This document shows, in pieces, positions 30,099 through 42,736 of a stretch of DNA of 64,000 nt; positions within the stretch are counted from its first letter, which is position 1, and every line of letters starts with the position of its first letter. The translations under genes and the position numbers were made by a program. The DNA comes from Candidatus Melainabacteria bacterium RIFCSPLOWO2_02_FULL_35_15. Its GTDB lineage: Bacteria; Cyanobacteriota; Vampirovibrionia; 2-02-FULL-35-15. The notes beneath the pieces are model-generated. The model did no database searches and had not been told where the DNA came from. It saw only the letters and a list, made by a program, of their open reading frames with translations. The stretch covers positions 80,966-144,965 of the forward strand of contig MFRN01000043.1 of NCBI GenBank assembly GCA_001784585.1. Reading direction: 5' to 3'.

Positions 30099-31455
30099 TT
30101 TGTGCTGTTGTTAAACTGTGCCTTATCACATCTAAAATTTTCTTAGCCTGAAAAATTTCAATTCTGCTGTTTTGTATTTTTGTATCTATATCAGGAATTA
30201 CAACCTGCTCAAAACCTAATTTTATACATTCTTTTATCCTGTTTTCAATTTGATTTACCTGCCTAATTTCACCCGTTAAACCTATTTCCCCAATAAAAAC
30301 TGTTTTTTTAGACGGGATTACATCCTGCTTGCAGCTAACTATTGACATGGCTATTGATAAATCAAGAGCAGGTTCACAGCTGCTTAATCCACCTACAAGA
30401 TTTACAAATAAATCATGCTTTGAAAAATTAAACCCAACCCTTCTCTCTAAAATTGCAATAATCTGAAGAACCCTATTATAATCAAGTCCGTTAACAACTC
30501 TTCGCGGGGTAGTATACGCCGTCCCGCCAACCAGTGCCTGAACTTCTGCAATAATTGTTTTGCTTCCTTCTACTATAGCTGAATAAGTGCTTCCAGGCAC
30601 CGGGTCTTTATTTTGAGACATAAAAAGGAAGCTGGGATTTGATATAGGTTTTAACCCGGTATCTTTCATTTCAAAAACTGAAATTTCATTCGTACAGCCA
30701 TATCGGTTTTTTGTAGCACGCAAAATCCTGAAATTATGAAATTTTTCTCCTTCAAAATATAAGACTGTATCTACTATGTGTTCTAAAACTTTTGGCCCGG
30801 CAATTAGCCCTTCTTTGTTTACATGCCCGACTAAAATTGTGGTTATGTTTTTGCTTTTTGCAAGATGTAAAATTTTATTTGCGCATTCTCTGACCTGGCT
30901 TACATTTCCGGCTGATGATTCAAGCTCAGGATGATATATGGCCTGGATAGAATCAATGATTAAAAATTCCGGCTTTTCTTTTTCAATTAAATTTATTATG
31001 GTTTCAAGATTATTTTCTGCAAGTAAAAGTAAATTTTCACTGTCCAAATTTAATCTCTGGGCACGGAGTTTTATCTGGTAAATAGATTCTTCGGCGGTAA
31101 TGTAAGCTACTTTTAATTTGTTTGACAAATAATCTGCTACCTGTAATAAAATCGTAGATTTTCCAATGCCAGGTTCTCCTGCAAGCAAGACTAAAGATCC
31201 ATGCACAAAACCACCGCCAAGAACGTTATCCAGCTCTTTATCAAATGATTTAATTCTTTGAACGCTTTGAACGTCTATAGTAGCAGCAGAGCTAAATAAA
31301 TTTTCTGAAGAGTTTAAATTTGATTTTGGCAATTTCTTATAAACTACTTCTTCTATTAAGCTGCTCCATGAATTACATTCAGGACATTTACCAATATAAC
31401 TTGGTGAAATATATCCGCATTCCTGACATGTCCATTTTGATGATATTTTAGGCAT
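30064..31455 (-). CDS. radA: DNA repair protein RadA/Sms
   Basis: CQECG...GKCPEC, GEPGIGKST, IDSIQ, KNRYG. Confidence 0.97.
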   Translation of the reverse strand: MPKISSKWTCQECGYISPSYIGKCPECNSWSSLIEEVVYKKLPKSNLNSSENLFSSAATIDVQSVQRIKSFDKELDNVLGGGFVHGSLVLLAGEPGIGKSTILLQVADYLSNKLKVAYITAEESIYQIKLRAQRLNLDSENLLLLAENNLETIINLIEKEKPEFLIIDSIQAIYHPELESSAGNVSQVRECANKILHLAKSKNITTILVGHVNKEGLIAGPKVLEHIVDTVLYFEGEKFHNFRILRATKNRYGCTNEISVFEMKDTGLKPISNPSFLFMSQNKDPVPGSTYSAIVEGSKTIIAEVQALVGGTAYTTPRRVVNGLDYNRVLQIIAILERRVGFNFSKHDLFVNLVGGLSSCEPALDLSIAMSIVSCKQDVIPSKKTVFIGEIGLTGEIRQVNQIENRIKECIKLGFEQVVIPDIDTKIQNSRIEIFQAKKILDVIRHSLTTAQTISKPKHNCCP

Positions 31456-32986
31456 GATGATTTTGTGTAGAGGCGTAGTTGGTTAGATAATTGATTAATG
31501 TTCTTACTCCAACGCCTGTCGGTCCTTTTGGTCCATATTCATTTTCTTTATCGATCCATGAAGGACCAGCTATATCTATGTGAACCCAGGGAATATCAGA
31601 AACAAATTTTTCTATAAACACAGCACCATTTTGTGCACCTGATTTTCCTTTTGAACCAGTGTTTATCATATCGGCAATATCGCTCTTTATTTTTTCCCTA
31701 TCTTCATCATATAAAGGTAACTGCCACATTCTTTCACCAGCTTCATTTCCTGCTTTAATAATTTTATCTGCAAGTTTTTGATTATTTGTCATAACTCCGT
31801 TTGCAGTATCGCCTAAAGCTACTACACATGCGCCGGTTAATGTAGCCAGATCAATAATTTCATCCGGCTTTTGTTTTGCTGCATAAGATACTGCATCTGC
31901 CAGTGTTACACGTCCTTCCGCATCAGTGTTTAAAACCTCAATTGTTTTTCCGTTCATGGCACGGATTACATCGCCTGGTCTGTACGCTTTTCCGCTTGGC
32001 ATATTTTCAGCAGCAGCTACTATCATAGTAATTGCTACATCAGGCTGAAGTTCTTTCATAGCACTCATTGTGCTTATTGTTGCAGCAGAACCTGACATAT
32101 CGTCTTTCATGGTTTCCATGGAGTTGGCTGGCTTAAGTGAAAGACCACCTGAGTCAAATGTAATTCCTTTTCCTACAATTACAACATGTTTCTTAGGTTT
32201 TCTTTTTGGCGTATATTTTATTTCAATAAATTTTGGCGGTTCATCACTTCCCTGAGCTACAGCTAAAAATGCCCCCATTCCAAGTTTTTTACATGCAGCA
32301 CTATCTAAAACTTTTATTTTTAATTTATTTTCTTTTGCTACTTTTCTGGCTATATTTGCAATCTTTGTGGGAGTCATGGTTATAGCTGATTCAGCAACCA
32401 TGTCACGGGCAAGGGCCTGTGCTCTTGCTACAATATTTCCTCTTTTTATTCCAGATTCAATATCTTTTAGCTTTGACTTATCAGTTTCAGCAATGATTAA
32501 AGTTTTAATTTCCATTTTAGGTTCTTTTTTATCTTTTGATTTAAGTCTGTCAAACTCATAAAGCGCAAGCTGAGAAACCTCAGTTATAGCCTGTGCTGCA
32601 TTTTTTATATCAATTTTTCCTGCTCCTGCACCATGTAAAATGGTGCAGACTGTTTTTGCTTTTTCTTTTTTAGCACATCTTATAGCAGACGCAGATATCT
32701 TCCTTATACTATTTAAATCAAATTTTTCTTTTTCACCCAATCCTATTACAATAACTTTCTTTGCTGGGATCAAACCATTTGTTCTTATTACCAGAGTAGT
32801 CCCGGCTTTCCCTTTGAAATTTTCTTCCTTTATTATTTTTTTTATTAATCCATTCAACGCAAAATCGACTGCTCCTGTCCCTCCCCATAGAGACGTGCTA
32901 CGACGCGTCTCTACTTCGAATAAATTTAAAATCAATACATCACATGAAATGTTTTCCAGCTTTTGATTTTTTAGAGTTATCTTCAT
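31448..32986 (-). CDS. pepA: leucyl aminopeptidase (M17)
   Basis: VGKGITFDSGG, MKDDMSG, NTDAEGR, DLATLTGA, WVHIDIAG. Confidence 0.97.
   Translation of the reverse strand: MKITLKNQKLENISCDVLILNLFEVETRRSTSLWGGTGAVDFALNGLIKKIIKEENFKGKAGTTLVIRTNGLIPAKKVIVIGLGEKEKFDLNSIRKISASAIRCAKKEKAKTVCTILHGAGAGKIDIKNAAQAITEVSQLALYEFDRLKSKDKKEPKMEIKTLIIAETDKSKLKDIESGIKRGNIVARAQALARDMVAESAITMTPTKIANIARKVAKENKLKIKVLDSAACKKLGMGAFLAVAQGSDEPPKFIEIKYTPKRKPKKHVVIVGKGITFDSGGLSLKPANSMETMKDDMSGSAATISTMSAMKELQPDVAITMIVAAAENMPSGKAYRPGDVIRAMNGKTIEVLNTDAEGRVTLADAVSYAAKQKPDEIIDLATLTGACVVALGDTANGVMTNNQKLADKIIKAGNEAGERMWQLPLYDEDREKIKSDIADMINTGSKGKSGAQNGAVFIEKFVSDIPWVHIDIAGPSWIDKENEYGPKGPTGVGVRTLINYLTNYASTQNHHA
32887..32914 (-). 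repeat. REP copy in frame inside pepA
   Basis: GTAGAGACGCGTCGTAGCACGTCTCTAT encodes VETRRSTSL. Confidence 0.85.
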
Positions 32987-33033
32987 TTGTTTCGTATTAT
33001 CCTTTCTTAAAAATCTGTAAAACTAATTTTAGC

Positions 33034-33083
33034 GTGGAGACGTTGCATGCAACGTCTCCATATCTTGCATGCAACGTCTTTAC
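33034..33083. repeat. REP palindrome plus tandem half copy
   Basis: GTGGAGACGTTGCATGCAACGTCTCCAT then TTGCATGCAACGTCTTTAC. Confidence 0.85.
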
Positions 33084-33103
33084 AATCTTCTATGTGTAAT
33101 ATA

Positions 33104-33132
33104 TTGCATTGAGTCATATGCTTGTGTATAAT
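33104..33132 (+). promoter_or_regulatory. sigma70 promoter of the stand-alone 5S rRNA
   Basis: TTGCAT-N17-TATAAT, 6 nt before the 5S 5' end. Confidence 0.75.
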
Positions 33133-33138
33133 TAGTAG

Positions 33139-33257
33139 TCCTTGGTGAGGATGCGGCTGGATCACACTCGTTCCCATTCCGAACACGACAGTAAAGACAG
33201 CTAGCAGTGACAATATTTAGATCGCAAGGTCTTGAGAAGATAACCATTCGCCAGGGA
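33139..33257 (+). rRNA. rrf: 5S rRNA, unlinked from 16S/23S
   Basis: 119 nt; helix I TCCTTGGTGA/TCGCCAGGGA; loop C CCCATTCCGAAC; terminal hairpin AGATC-GCAA-GGTCT. Confidence 0.9.
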
Positions 33258-33262
33258 TTTAT

Positions 33263-33295
33263 AAAAAACCCTCCGTTAATAGTGGAGGGTTTTTT
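33263..33295. terminator. bidirectional intrinsic terminator
   Basis: AAAAAA-CCCTCC...GGAGGG-TTTTTT between the 5S gene and a convergent ORF. Confidence 0.85.
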
Positions 33296-33320
33296 ATTTT
33301 AGTCGTTTATTTATTTTAGG

Positions 33321-33917
33321 TTATGCGGCTTGTTGTGTTTCTTTTGCTTCTTCTCTACAGGCTTCTTTCGCTTTCGTAAAGTCTTTTTGATAATATTTAA
33401 CAGTAGAAGGTGAAACTGTTTCTAAGTCTCTTATAAGTTCTCTTACGAATCTGGTTGAATCATCATCATAAGCAGTTGCTACCATAGTTTTAATTCCCTT
33501 TGCAAGAACGCCACTGGTTTTATAAAAAGCCCTATCTGGAGAGTATCCACTATTTGCTATAAGAACCTGAGCTCTACCAACAGCATCTTTTATTTGAGCT
33601 TTAGCTTCAGTCATTGACTTTTTAGTTCCTTTTGGTATAGTTCTAGCTTTATCTAGCTGTGCTTTGCCCTCCATGGCAAGATTAGAAGTTTTTCCACTCA
33701 TATTAAATTCTCCAGCTGCAATTAGTTTTTGCCTTTTATCTAAAGGTTTTATGAAACCTTCTGGTGGTCTAAATTTCAAAACCTTATCAAGTTCTACAGC
33801 TGTAACTTCTAAATCTGATTCTTTATATGGAGTTCTTTGCCTTTGTTGTGGTGCGCCACTAGCTGGATTTGCACCTGCTGCACTCGCTGCTCCACCTACT
33901 GCTCCTGTTCCTGCCAT
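33321..33917 (-). CDS. hypothetical protein with G/A-rich disordered N-terminus
   Basis: 198 aa, SD GAGGAG upstream, terminator downstream; no family recognised. Confidence 0.75.
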   Translation of the reverse strand: MAGTGAVGGAASAAGANPASGAPQQRQRTPYKESDLEVTAVELDKVLKFRPPEGFIKPLDKRQKLIAAGEFNMSGKTSNLAMEGKAQLDKARTIPKGTKKSMTEAKAQIKDAVGRAQVLIANSGYSPDRAFYKTSGVLAKGIKTMVATAYDDDSTRFVRELIRDLETVSPSTVKYYQKDFTKAKEACREEAKETQQAA

Positions 33918-34140
33918 AATATTTTCTCCTCAAAAATCCTTCTTAAATATTATATTAAATAAATCAATTACTTTCTTCTAACATAATCTATTTTGATTAT
34001 GACATAACCGAATCTTAAAATGCAATACTAAATTGTTAAAAGAATATGAAATTTGGTGTTAACGTTTGTATGTGAATTGTAATTGCTTTTTGTTTACCTA
34101 CATTAAGAAAAAAGGTTAAGATGTAAGGTTAAAACCTAAT

Positions 34141-36098
<1,958 letters not shown>

Positions 36099-36104
36099 TA
36101 AAAA

Positions 36105-36252
36105 GCTGGTTATCCCTGTTATGCCTGGGGAATCAAAAGTAGTATAGAGTTATCTCTCAGATTATTAAATAAAAATTTATCTTTTTAGCTCAGCACATCT
36201 TCTGCCTTAGCATGAATGACCCTTGAAAAAAATTTTTGTAGGGATAACCAGT
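36105..36252 (+). ncRNA. candidate rod-like structured RNA or miniature inverted-repeat element
   Basis: Perfect 12-bp terminal inverted repeat CTGGTTATCCCT/AGGGATAACCAG plus nested inner stems. Confidence 0.4.
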
Positions 36253-36308
36253 CTAACTCACTGTTAATTATTTTGTACAATTAAAATGATATACCGATTA
36301 ACTAAATT

Positions 36309-37016
36309 ATGAATAACTTTGTACATAAATCTCTTGTTAACAACAGTCTTTTAAGTAATCAGATACTTGGGGCAGTTCTTTTGTTTTCTTACTTTGCAGT
36401 ATATGGAATTACTGCTCAGGCTGCATTGTATGGTTTAGAGTTTATTTATTTTCTAAGTTCAATCGGGTTTGCTGCATTAATATTTTATATCCGGGACCCT
36501 GAAGCCCAAAAGAAGAAAATCAAAAAGGGGATTTTATTTAATCAAATTTTTGGTACAGTTCTGCTTTTTGCTTATCTTTTGATTTATGGAGTTTCCAGTA
36601 TTGCTTTATTACAAGGGTTTGGGCTTATATTTTTTATGAGTTCATATATCTTTTTCCTGTCAATAGCTTATATCAGGGATCCTGAACGCATTAAAAAACA
36701 GGAAGAAGCATCTGCTTCAATTACATACAGTCCTTTTGCAGAAAGAACCCCATGTTTTATAAATAATAAGGATTTAAGCTGGTTAGTCAGGGAAGTAAAC
36801 AGTGCACTATCAGTTATTATCGGATTTTCAGAACTCTTAATGAAGAGAGAACACAGTGAAGCTGAAAAAGAATACATGCTAAGAAATATTTATGAGCAGT
36901 CGCTTCATATAAATAGCAGTATTAGTAAGGTTGCATCTCTTGTCCCTGACTCTGTTACAAAGCCAAAACCAACTCATGAAGTCGCTGACTTATTGGCTGA
37001 TAGTAATTTTGTATAA
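36309..37016 (+). CDS. membrane protein with duplicated TM module and His-less HisKA-like domain
   Basis: 61-aa internal repeat ending YIRDPE; LVREVNSALSVIIGFSELL resembles an H-box. Confidence 0.75.
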   Translation: MNNFVHKSLVNNSLLSNQILGAVLLFSYFAVYGITAQAALYGLEFIYFLSSIGFAALIFYIRDPEAQKKKIKKGILFNQIFGTVLLFAYLLIYGVSSIALLQGFGLIFFMSSYIFFLSIAYIRDPERIKKQEEASASITYSPFAERTPCFINNKDLSWLVREVNSALSVIIGFSELLMKREHSEAEKEYMLRNIYEQSLHINSSISKVASLVPDSVTKPKPTHEVADLLADSNFV

Positions 37017-37053
37017 AACTTAAAACTTTTTTGTCCTGTATAATATTTCACAT

Positions 37054-37136
37054 GCCGGTGTGACGAAATGGCAAACGTAGCTGACTCAAAATCAGCCGAG
37101 CGTAAGCTCTTGTGGGTTCAAGTCCCTCCACCGGCA
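37054..37136 (+). tRNA. tRNA-Leu (CAA)
   Basis: Acceptor GCCGGTG/CACCGGC, anticodon arm GCTGA-CTCAAAA-TCAGC, long variable arm, TTCAAGT loop; TATAAT at 37039. Confidence 0.95.
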
Positions 37137-37250
37137 ATTATGTAAAGCATCTTTGTTTCAGAGTTGTCTTTGCCATCTTGACAATCTATTAGGTAAGACT
37201 ATATAGTGTTAGATAATAACAAAAAGAAACATAATATACTCATATACAAG

Positions 37251-37279
37251 TTGACATAAGAGGCAAGGGAAAATATAAT
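37251..37279 (+). promoter_or_regulatory. consensus sigma70 promoter of rpoB
   Basis: TTGACA-N17-TATAAT; a second TTGACA-N18-TATAGT at 37178-37207. Confidence 0.8.
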
Positions 37280-37350
37280 TTTACCCTTACTTGCTGTAAT
37301 TTTTTGAAAAAAATAAATTGTTTTATTTGATAAAGATATTGAGGTAATAA

Positions 37351-40300
37351 ATGACAGTTAAAGCGCCTGAGCGGGTGCAACCCTACGCAAAGGCTGGCCA
37401 AAGGACTGCTGTCCTTCCAGATCTCGCTGAAATTCAAAAAGCCTCCTTTGAATGGTTCCTGAGAGAAGGGCTTTCAGAGGAGTTAAAGTCATTCTCACCC
37501 ATTAGAGATTATACGGGCCGGCTTGAATTATATTTTTTACACGATAATTATTCTTTTGAAGATCATACAGAACCTAAAAAAGCTAAAACTCCACAAGAAG
37601 CCCGGGATAACGATCAGAGCTATACAAAAAAACTTTATATCCAGATGCGCCTTGTTAATCGTGACACTGGTGAAATAAAAGAAAATAAAATGTTTGTGGG
37701 TGAAATTCCCATGATGACTGATCGCGGTACATTTATTATTAATGGCGCAGAGAGAGTAGTAGTTTCTCAGATTGTCAGATCACCTGGTATTTACTATAAA
37801 CGTGATGTTGATCCAAATGGGAAAAGAACATTTAATGCCACTCTTATCCCAAACAGAGGTGCATGGTTAAAACTTGAATCTGATAATAATGACATTGTTC
37901 ATGTAAAGATTGATAAGAACAGAAAATTATATGCTACTACCCTGCTAAAAGCACTTGGCTATACAGCAAATGAAATGGAAACACTTTTCCATCACTTTGA
38001 TTTCCTGCACAAAACACTGGAAAAAGATCCTGCTGAAAACAGAGAACAAGCGTTAATTGAAGTCTATAAAAAATTAAGACCTGGAGATCCTACCAGTGTG
38101 GAAGGCGGAAGACAAATATTAGAATCCAGATTTTTTGATGATAAAAGATATAACCTTGGTAAAGTAGGCCGTTATAAAATAAACAAAAAACTTAGCTTAT
38201 CTGTTCCTGAAGATGTAAGAGTATTAACCAGGGACGATATCGTGGCATCAATAGATTATTTAATAAATCTTCATTATGATGAAGGGCAAATTGATGATAT
38301 TGATCATTTGGGAAACAGAAGAATCAGATCAGTTGGTGAGCTTTTGCAAAACCAGTTCAGGGTAGGTCTTTCACGCCTGGAAAGAATTATTAAAGAAAGA
38401 ATGACTTTGCAGGATGCAGATACCTTAACTCCGGCAAATCTTTTAAATCCAAAACCATTGATTGCAGCTATCAGAGAATTCTTTGGCTCATCCCAGTTAA
38501 GTCAGTTCATGGATCAGACAAATGCACTTGCTGAATTAACACATAAAAGAAGATTGTCAGCATTAGGTCCTGGTGGTTTATCAAGAGAGCGTGCGGGTTT
38601 TGCAGTTCGGGATATTCATCCTAGTCATTATGGAAGAATATGTCCTGTAGAAACTCCGGAAGGTCCAAATGCAGGATTGATTGGTTCGCTTGCTACTCAT
38701 GCTCGTGTTAACCAGTATGGTTTTATAGAAACACCGTACAGAAAAGTTATAAACGGTACTGTGGCCAGCGAAGTTCAGTATTTGTCTGCTGATGAGGAAG
38801 ATAATTTCAGAGTAGCTCCCGGTGATGTACCTTTAAATGAAGATGGATCTTTTAAAGCAGAGTTTATACCTGCCAGATATAAAAGTGAGTTTATTGTAGT
38901 GCCGCCTGAAGAAGTAGACTTTGTAGGTGTAAGTCCTATTCAGATAGTTTCTGTAGGTACAGCACTCATTCCGTTCCTTGAACATGATGATGCAAACAGA
39001 GCTTTAATGGGTTCAAATATGCAGCGTCAGTCAGTACCACTTATTACCACTGAGAGACCTTACGTCGGTACTGGTATTGAAAAGCAGACAGCAAGAGACT
39101 CCGGAATGGTTATTGTAGCAGGTGACTTTGGTGAGGTTACTTATGTCAGCTCACAAAGAATCAGAATTAAATATAAATCATTTAATCATGAGGTTGAATA
39201 TTCTCTTACCAAATTTAACAGAAGTAACCAGGATACCTGCTTAAATCAAAAACCAATTGTAAGCACTGGTGATAAAGTTATTCCGGGTCAGGTGCTGGCT
39301 GACGGACCAGCTACAGATTGTGGAGAGCTTGCGCTTGGGAAAAATATTCTTGTTGCATTTATGCCATGGGAAGGATATAACTTTGAAGATGCTATTTTAG
39401 TCAGTGAAAGACTGGTAATGGATGATGTTTTTACATCTATTCACATAGAAAAATTAGAGATTGATGCCAGATCTACAAAACTTGGACCTGAAGAAATAAC
39501 AAGAGAAGTTCCAAATGTTTCCGAAGAAGCTTTAAGACATTTGGATGAAAATGGAATTGTAAGAATCGGGGCCAGAGTTTTTCCGGATGATGTTCTGGTT
39601 GGAAAGATTACTCCAAAAGGAGAGTCTGATCATCCTCCTGAGGAAAGGCTTTTAAGAGCAATCTTTGGTGAAAAGGCCCGTGATGTAAGGGATAATTCCT
39701 TAAGGGTTCCGCATGGTGAAGGTGGAAGGGTTGTAGATGTAAAAGTATTTGATCGTGAAAAAGGAGATGAATTGCCTCCTGTAGCAAATAAAGTAGTGCG
39801 TGTTTTTATTGCTCAGAAAAGAAAGATTTCAGTAGGTGACAAGGTGGCAGGACGACATGGTAACAAAGGTATAATTGCAAAGATTCTGCCTGTTGAAGAT
39901 ATGCCATTTTTATCTGATGGTACGCCGGTGGATATTGTTTTAAATCCGCTTGGTGTGCCAAGTCGTATGAATATCGGGCAAACCTATGAAACAATGCTTG
40001 GTCTGGCTTCCATGTTAAATAATACTCACTATGAAGTTCCGCCTTTTGATGAAATGTATGGATCAGAAGCCAGTAAAACACTTGTTCTTAACGAAATTAA
40101 CAATGCAAAGAAAAATAAAAATGTTGAATGGATTGATGATAACGGCAAAGTTAAATTAATTGATGGCAGGACCGGTGAACCTTTTGATAATCCGTGCTCT
40201 GTTGGAAAAATCTACATGATGAAACTTGTTCACCTTGTAGACGATAAGATTCATGCAAGAAGTACAGGGCCTTACAGCCTGGTAACACAACAACCTCTTG

Positions 40301-40845
40301 GCGGGAAAGCTCAGTTTGGCGGTCAAAGACTTGGAGAAATGGAGTGCTGGGCACTTGAAGCATATGGTGCAGCATATACACTTCAGGAAATGCTAACAGT
40401 AAAATCTGATGATGTCTCTGGCAGAAGTCGTGCTTATGAATCAATTGTAAAAGGTGAAAATATACCAAGACCTGGCGTTCCTGAATCATTTAAGGTGTTG
40501 GTTAGAGAACTGCAATCTCTTGGTCTGGATGTAACAGTCTTGAGAAGAACACGTGAAGGAAATGACGAAGAAATTGATTTGACAAGTGATGAGTCAGAAC
40601 AAAGAAGAACTCAGCCCAATATTTCATTATCCAGTCGTGATATTGGACTTGAAGAGGAATTACAGGGGCTACGTTCTAAAGCTGAGCCTCTGGCAGGAGT
40701 TGCCATTCAGACTAAAGAATTAGTTTCTGAAAAAGAGACAGGTAGTGCAGAAGCAGTAGCAGAAGCAGTAAAAGAAGAGCTTTTTGAAGAAGTGTCTCTT
40801 GATGAGATTGAGGGAGAGGGGGAAGGAGAAAGCGAAGCTAGCTAA
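37351..40845 (+). CDS. rpoB: RNA polymerase beta subunit
   Basis: [46 protein letters not shown]. Confidence 0.99.
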   Translation: MTVKAPERVQPYAKAGQRTAVLPDLAEIQKASFEWFLREGLSEELKSFSPIRDYTGRLELYFLHDNYSFEDHTEPKKAKTPQEARDNDQSYTKKLYIQMRLVNRDTGEIKENKMFVGEIPMMTDRGTFIINGAERVVVSQIVRSPGIYYKRDVDPNGKRTFNATLIPNRGAWLKLESDNNDIVHVKIDKNRKLYATTLLKALGYTANEMETLFHHFDFLHKTLEKDPAENREQALIEVYKKLRPGDPTSVEGGRQILESRFFDDKRYNLGKVGRYKINKKLSLSVPEDVRVLTRDDIVASIDYLINLHYDEGQIDDIDHLGNRRIRSVGELLQNQFRVGLSRLERIIKERMTLQDADTLTPANLLNPKPLIAAIREFFGSSQLSQFMDQTNALAELTHKRRLSALGPGGLSRERAGFAVRDIHPSHYGRICPVETPEGPNAGLIGSLATHARVNQYGFIETPYRKVINGTVASEVQYLSADEEDNFRVAPGDVPLNEDGSFKAEFIPARYKSEFIVVPPEEVDFVGVSPIQIVSVGTALIPFLEHDDANRALMGSNMQRQSVPLITTERPYVGTGIEKQTARDSGMVIVAGDFGEVTYVSSQRIRIKYKSFNHEVEYSLTKFNRSNQDTCLNQKPIVSTGDKVIPGQVLADGPATDCGELALGKNILVAFMPWEGYNFEDAILVSERLVMDDVFTSIHIEKLEIDARSTKLGPEEITREVPNVSEEALRHLDENGIVRIGARVFPDDVLVGKITPKGESDHPPEERLLRAIFGEKARDVRDNSLRVPHGEGGRVVDVKVFDREKGDELPPVANKVVRVFIAQKRKISVGDKVAGRHGNKGIIAKILPVEDMPFLSDGTPVDIVLNPLGVPSRMNIGQTYETMLGLASMLNNTHYEVPPFDEMYGSEASKTLVLNEINNAKKNKNVEWIDDNGKVKLIDGRTGEPFDNPCSVGKIYMMKLVHLVDDKIHARSTGPYSLVTQQPLGGKAQFGGQRLGEMECWALEAYGAAYTLQEMLTVKSDDVSGRSRAYESIVKGENIPRPGVPESFKVLVRELQSLGLDVTVLRRTREGNDEEIDLTSDESEQRRTQPNISLSSRDIGLEEELQGLRSKAEPLAGVAIQTKELVSEKETGSAEAVAEAVKEELFEEVSLDEIEGEGEGESEAS

Positions 40846-40864
40846 CTTTGCATTCTTAGGGAAA

Positions 40865-42712
40865 ATGGCAATTCAGGAAAATACAGTAAAATCAAATGGA
40901 AGCTTTAGTGATCTTTCAATCTTTGATCGATTTAATCACCTTCAGATTAAAATTGCTTCACCTGTAAGGATCATGGGATGGTCATTTGGTGAAGTTACAA
41001 AACCTGAAACCATTAACTATAGAACTTTAAAACCTGAAAAAGATGGCTTGTTTTGTGAAAGAATTTTTGGACCCACAAAAGACTGGGAATGTTATTGTGG
41101 AAAGTATAAAAGAGTCAGACATAAAGGTATTATCTGCGAACGTTGCGGTGTTGAAGTAACTGAATCAAAAGTCAGAAGACACAGAATGGGGCATATTAAG
41201 CTGGCTGCACCGGTTTGTCATATATGGTTTTTAAAAGGAATTCCAAGTTATTTAAGTTTGCTGAGTGATATTCCGCTAAGAGATCTTGAACAGGTTATTT
41301 ACTTTAACCAGTACATAGTTTTAAACCCCGGCAATGTTGAAACAATTGTAAAACACCAGTTATTAACTGAAGAAGAATATGAACTTTTAAGCAGTGACGA
41401 AAATGCTCAGTTTGAAGTTGCAATTGGGGCAGAAGCACTAAAACTTATCTTAGAAGAAATTTCCAAACCTGTTTATGAATTTCCTGATGCTAAGACAAGA
41501 GATGAAAGAGGAGAACTAAAATCTACACCCGGACTGGAAGAGCTTGCTCAAAAGCTAAGACAGGAATTAGCACTTAGCAGTGGAAGTCAGCAAAGAAGAG
41601 CAAAAATTATTAAAAGACTTAGATTGGCAGAAAGTTTAATTCTTTCAAAAACAGATCCAACTTCAATGGTATTAGAGGTTTTGCCTGTTACCCCGCCTGA
41701 TTTACGTCCAATGGTCCAGCTGGATGGCGGCAGGTTTGCAACCAGTGATTTAAACGATTTATACAGGAGAGTTATTAATAGAAATAACAGACTTGCCAGA
41801 CTGCTTGATATGGGTGCTCCTGAAATTATTGTCCGGAATGAAAAAAGAATGCTTCAGGAAGCAGTAGATGCATTGATTGATAATGGAAGAAGAGGCAGGG
41901 TGGTTACCGGATCAAACGGAAGACCGCTAAAATCCCTTTCAAATATTATTGAAGGTAAACAAGGCAGGTTCCGTCAAAATTTACTCGGAAAAAGAGTTGA
42001 CTATTCAGGCAGATCTGTAATTGTTGTTGGTCCTCAGTTAAAAATTCACCAGTGTGGTTTGCCAAGGGAAATGGCCATTGAATTATTTAAACCATTTGTT
42101 ATTAATAAGCTAATTGAACGTCAGATTTGTCAGAATATTAAATCAGCTAAAAAACAAATTGAAAAAGGTTCTTCAATTATCTGGGAAATTCTTGAACAGG
42201 TTATCCAGGGACACCCGGTTCTTTTAAATCGTGCGCCTACTTTACACAGGCTGGGTATACAGTCTTTTGAACCGGTACTGGTAGAAGGAAGAGCAATTCA
42301 GCTTCATCCGCTTGTTTGTGCAGCATTTAATGCAGACTTTGACGGAGATCAGATGGCAGTTCATATCCCGTTATCAGTTGAAGCTCAGTCAGAAGCAAGA
42401 ATGCTTATGATGGCATTTAATAATATTCTTTTACCGGCAAGCGGTAAGCCTACTATTACTCCTACACAGGATATGGTGTTAGGGATTTATTATTTAACAG
42501 TTGAAAAACCAGGCGCAGACGATCAGAAGATTTGCAAAGGCGCAGGAATGAACTTTTATAATTTTAAAGATGCAATCGCAGCATATGAAGCTGATGTTGT
42601 TGATTTACATGCAAACATTAATGTCAGGGATGAAAATAATAAGAGGATAAGTACAACAGCAGGACGAATTATTTTTAATCAGACTATTAAGGATACATTT
42701 GATATCAGGTAA
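40865..42712 (+). CDS. rpoC1: RNA polymerase gamma subunit (N-terminal half of beta')
   Basis: KPETINYRT, Zn-finger cysteines, [21 protein letters not shown]; ends at the cyanobacterial-type split; start ATG 40865. Confidence 0.98.
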   Translation: MAIQENTVKSNGSFSDLSIFDRFNHLQIKIASPVRIMGWSFGEVTKPETINYRTLKPEKDGLFCERIFGPTKDWECYCGKYKRVRHKGIICERCGVEVTESKVRRHRMGHIKLAAPVCHIWFLKGIPSYLSLLSDIPLRDLEQVIYFNQYIVLNPGNVETIVKHQLLTEEEYELLSSDENAQFEVAIGAEALKLILEEISKPVYEFPDAKTRDERGELKSTPGLEELAQKLRQELALSSGSQQRRAKIIKRLRLAESLILSKTDPTSMVLEVLPVTPPDLRPMVQLDGGRFATSDLNDLYRRVINRNNRLARLLDMGAPEIIVRNEKRMLQEAVDALIDNGRRGRVVTGSNGRPLKSLSNIIEGKQGRFRQNLLGKRVDYSGRSVIVVGPQLKIHQCGLPREMAIELFKPFVINKLIERQICQNIKSAKKQIEKGSSIIWEILEQVIQGHPVLLNRAPTLHRLGIQSFEPVLVEGRAIQLHPLVCAAFNADFDGDQMAVHIPLSVEAQSEARMLMMAFNNILLPASGKPTITPTQDMVLGIYYLTVEKPGADDQKICKGAGMNFYNFKDAIAAYEADVVDLHANINVRDENNKRISTTAGRIIFNQTIKDTFDIR

Positions 42713-42736
42713 ATTTGAAAGTGGAGATAAATAAAA

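Noticed and set aside
33034..33083. CRISPR array from the palindromic repeats
   Set aside because: Repeats are dispersed with no regular repeat-spacer period and no cas genes.
33007..33213. 68-aa minus-strand ORF
   Set aside because: Made of antisense 5S rRNA, its promoter and REP sequence.
36105..36252. TPP riboswitch (CTGAGA on minus strand) or 23S rRNA fragment (TAGGGATAAC)
   Set aside because: Only short word matches; the remaining consensus elements are absent.
40784..40864. Extended rpoC1 start overlapping rpoB
   Set aside because: ATG 40865 after the rpoB stop is more plausible.
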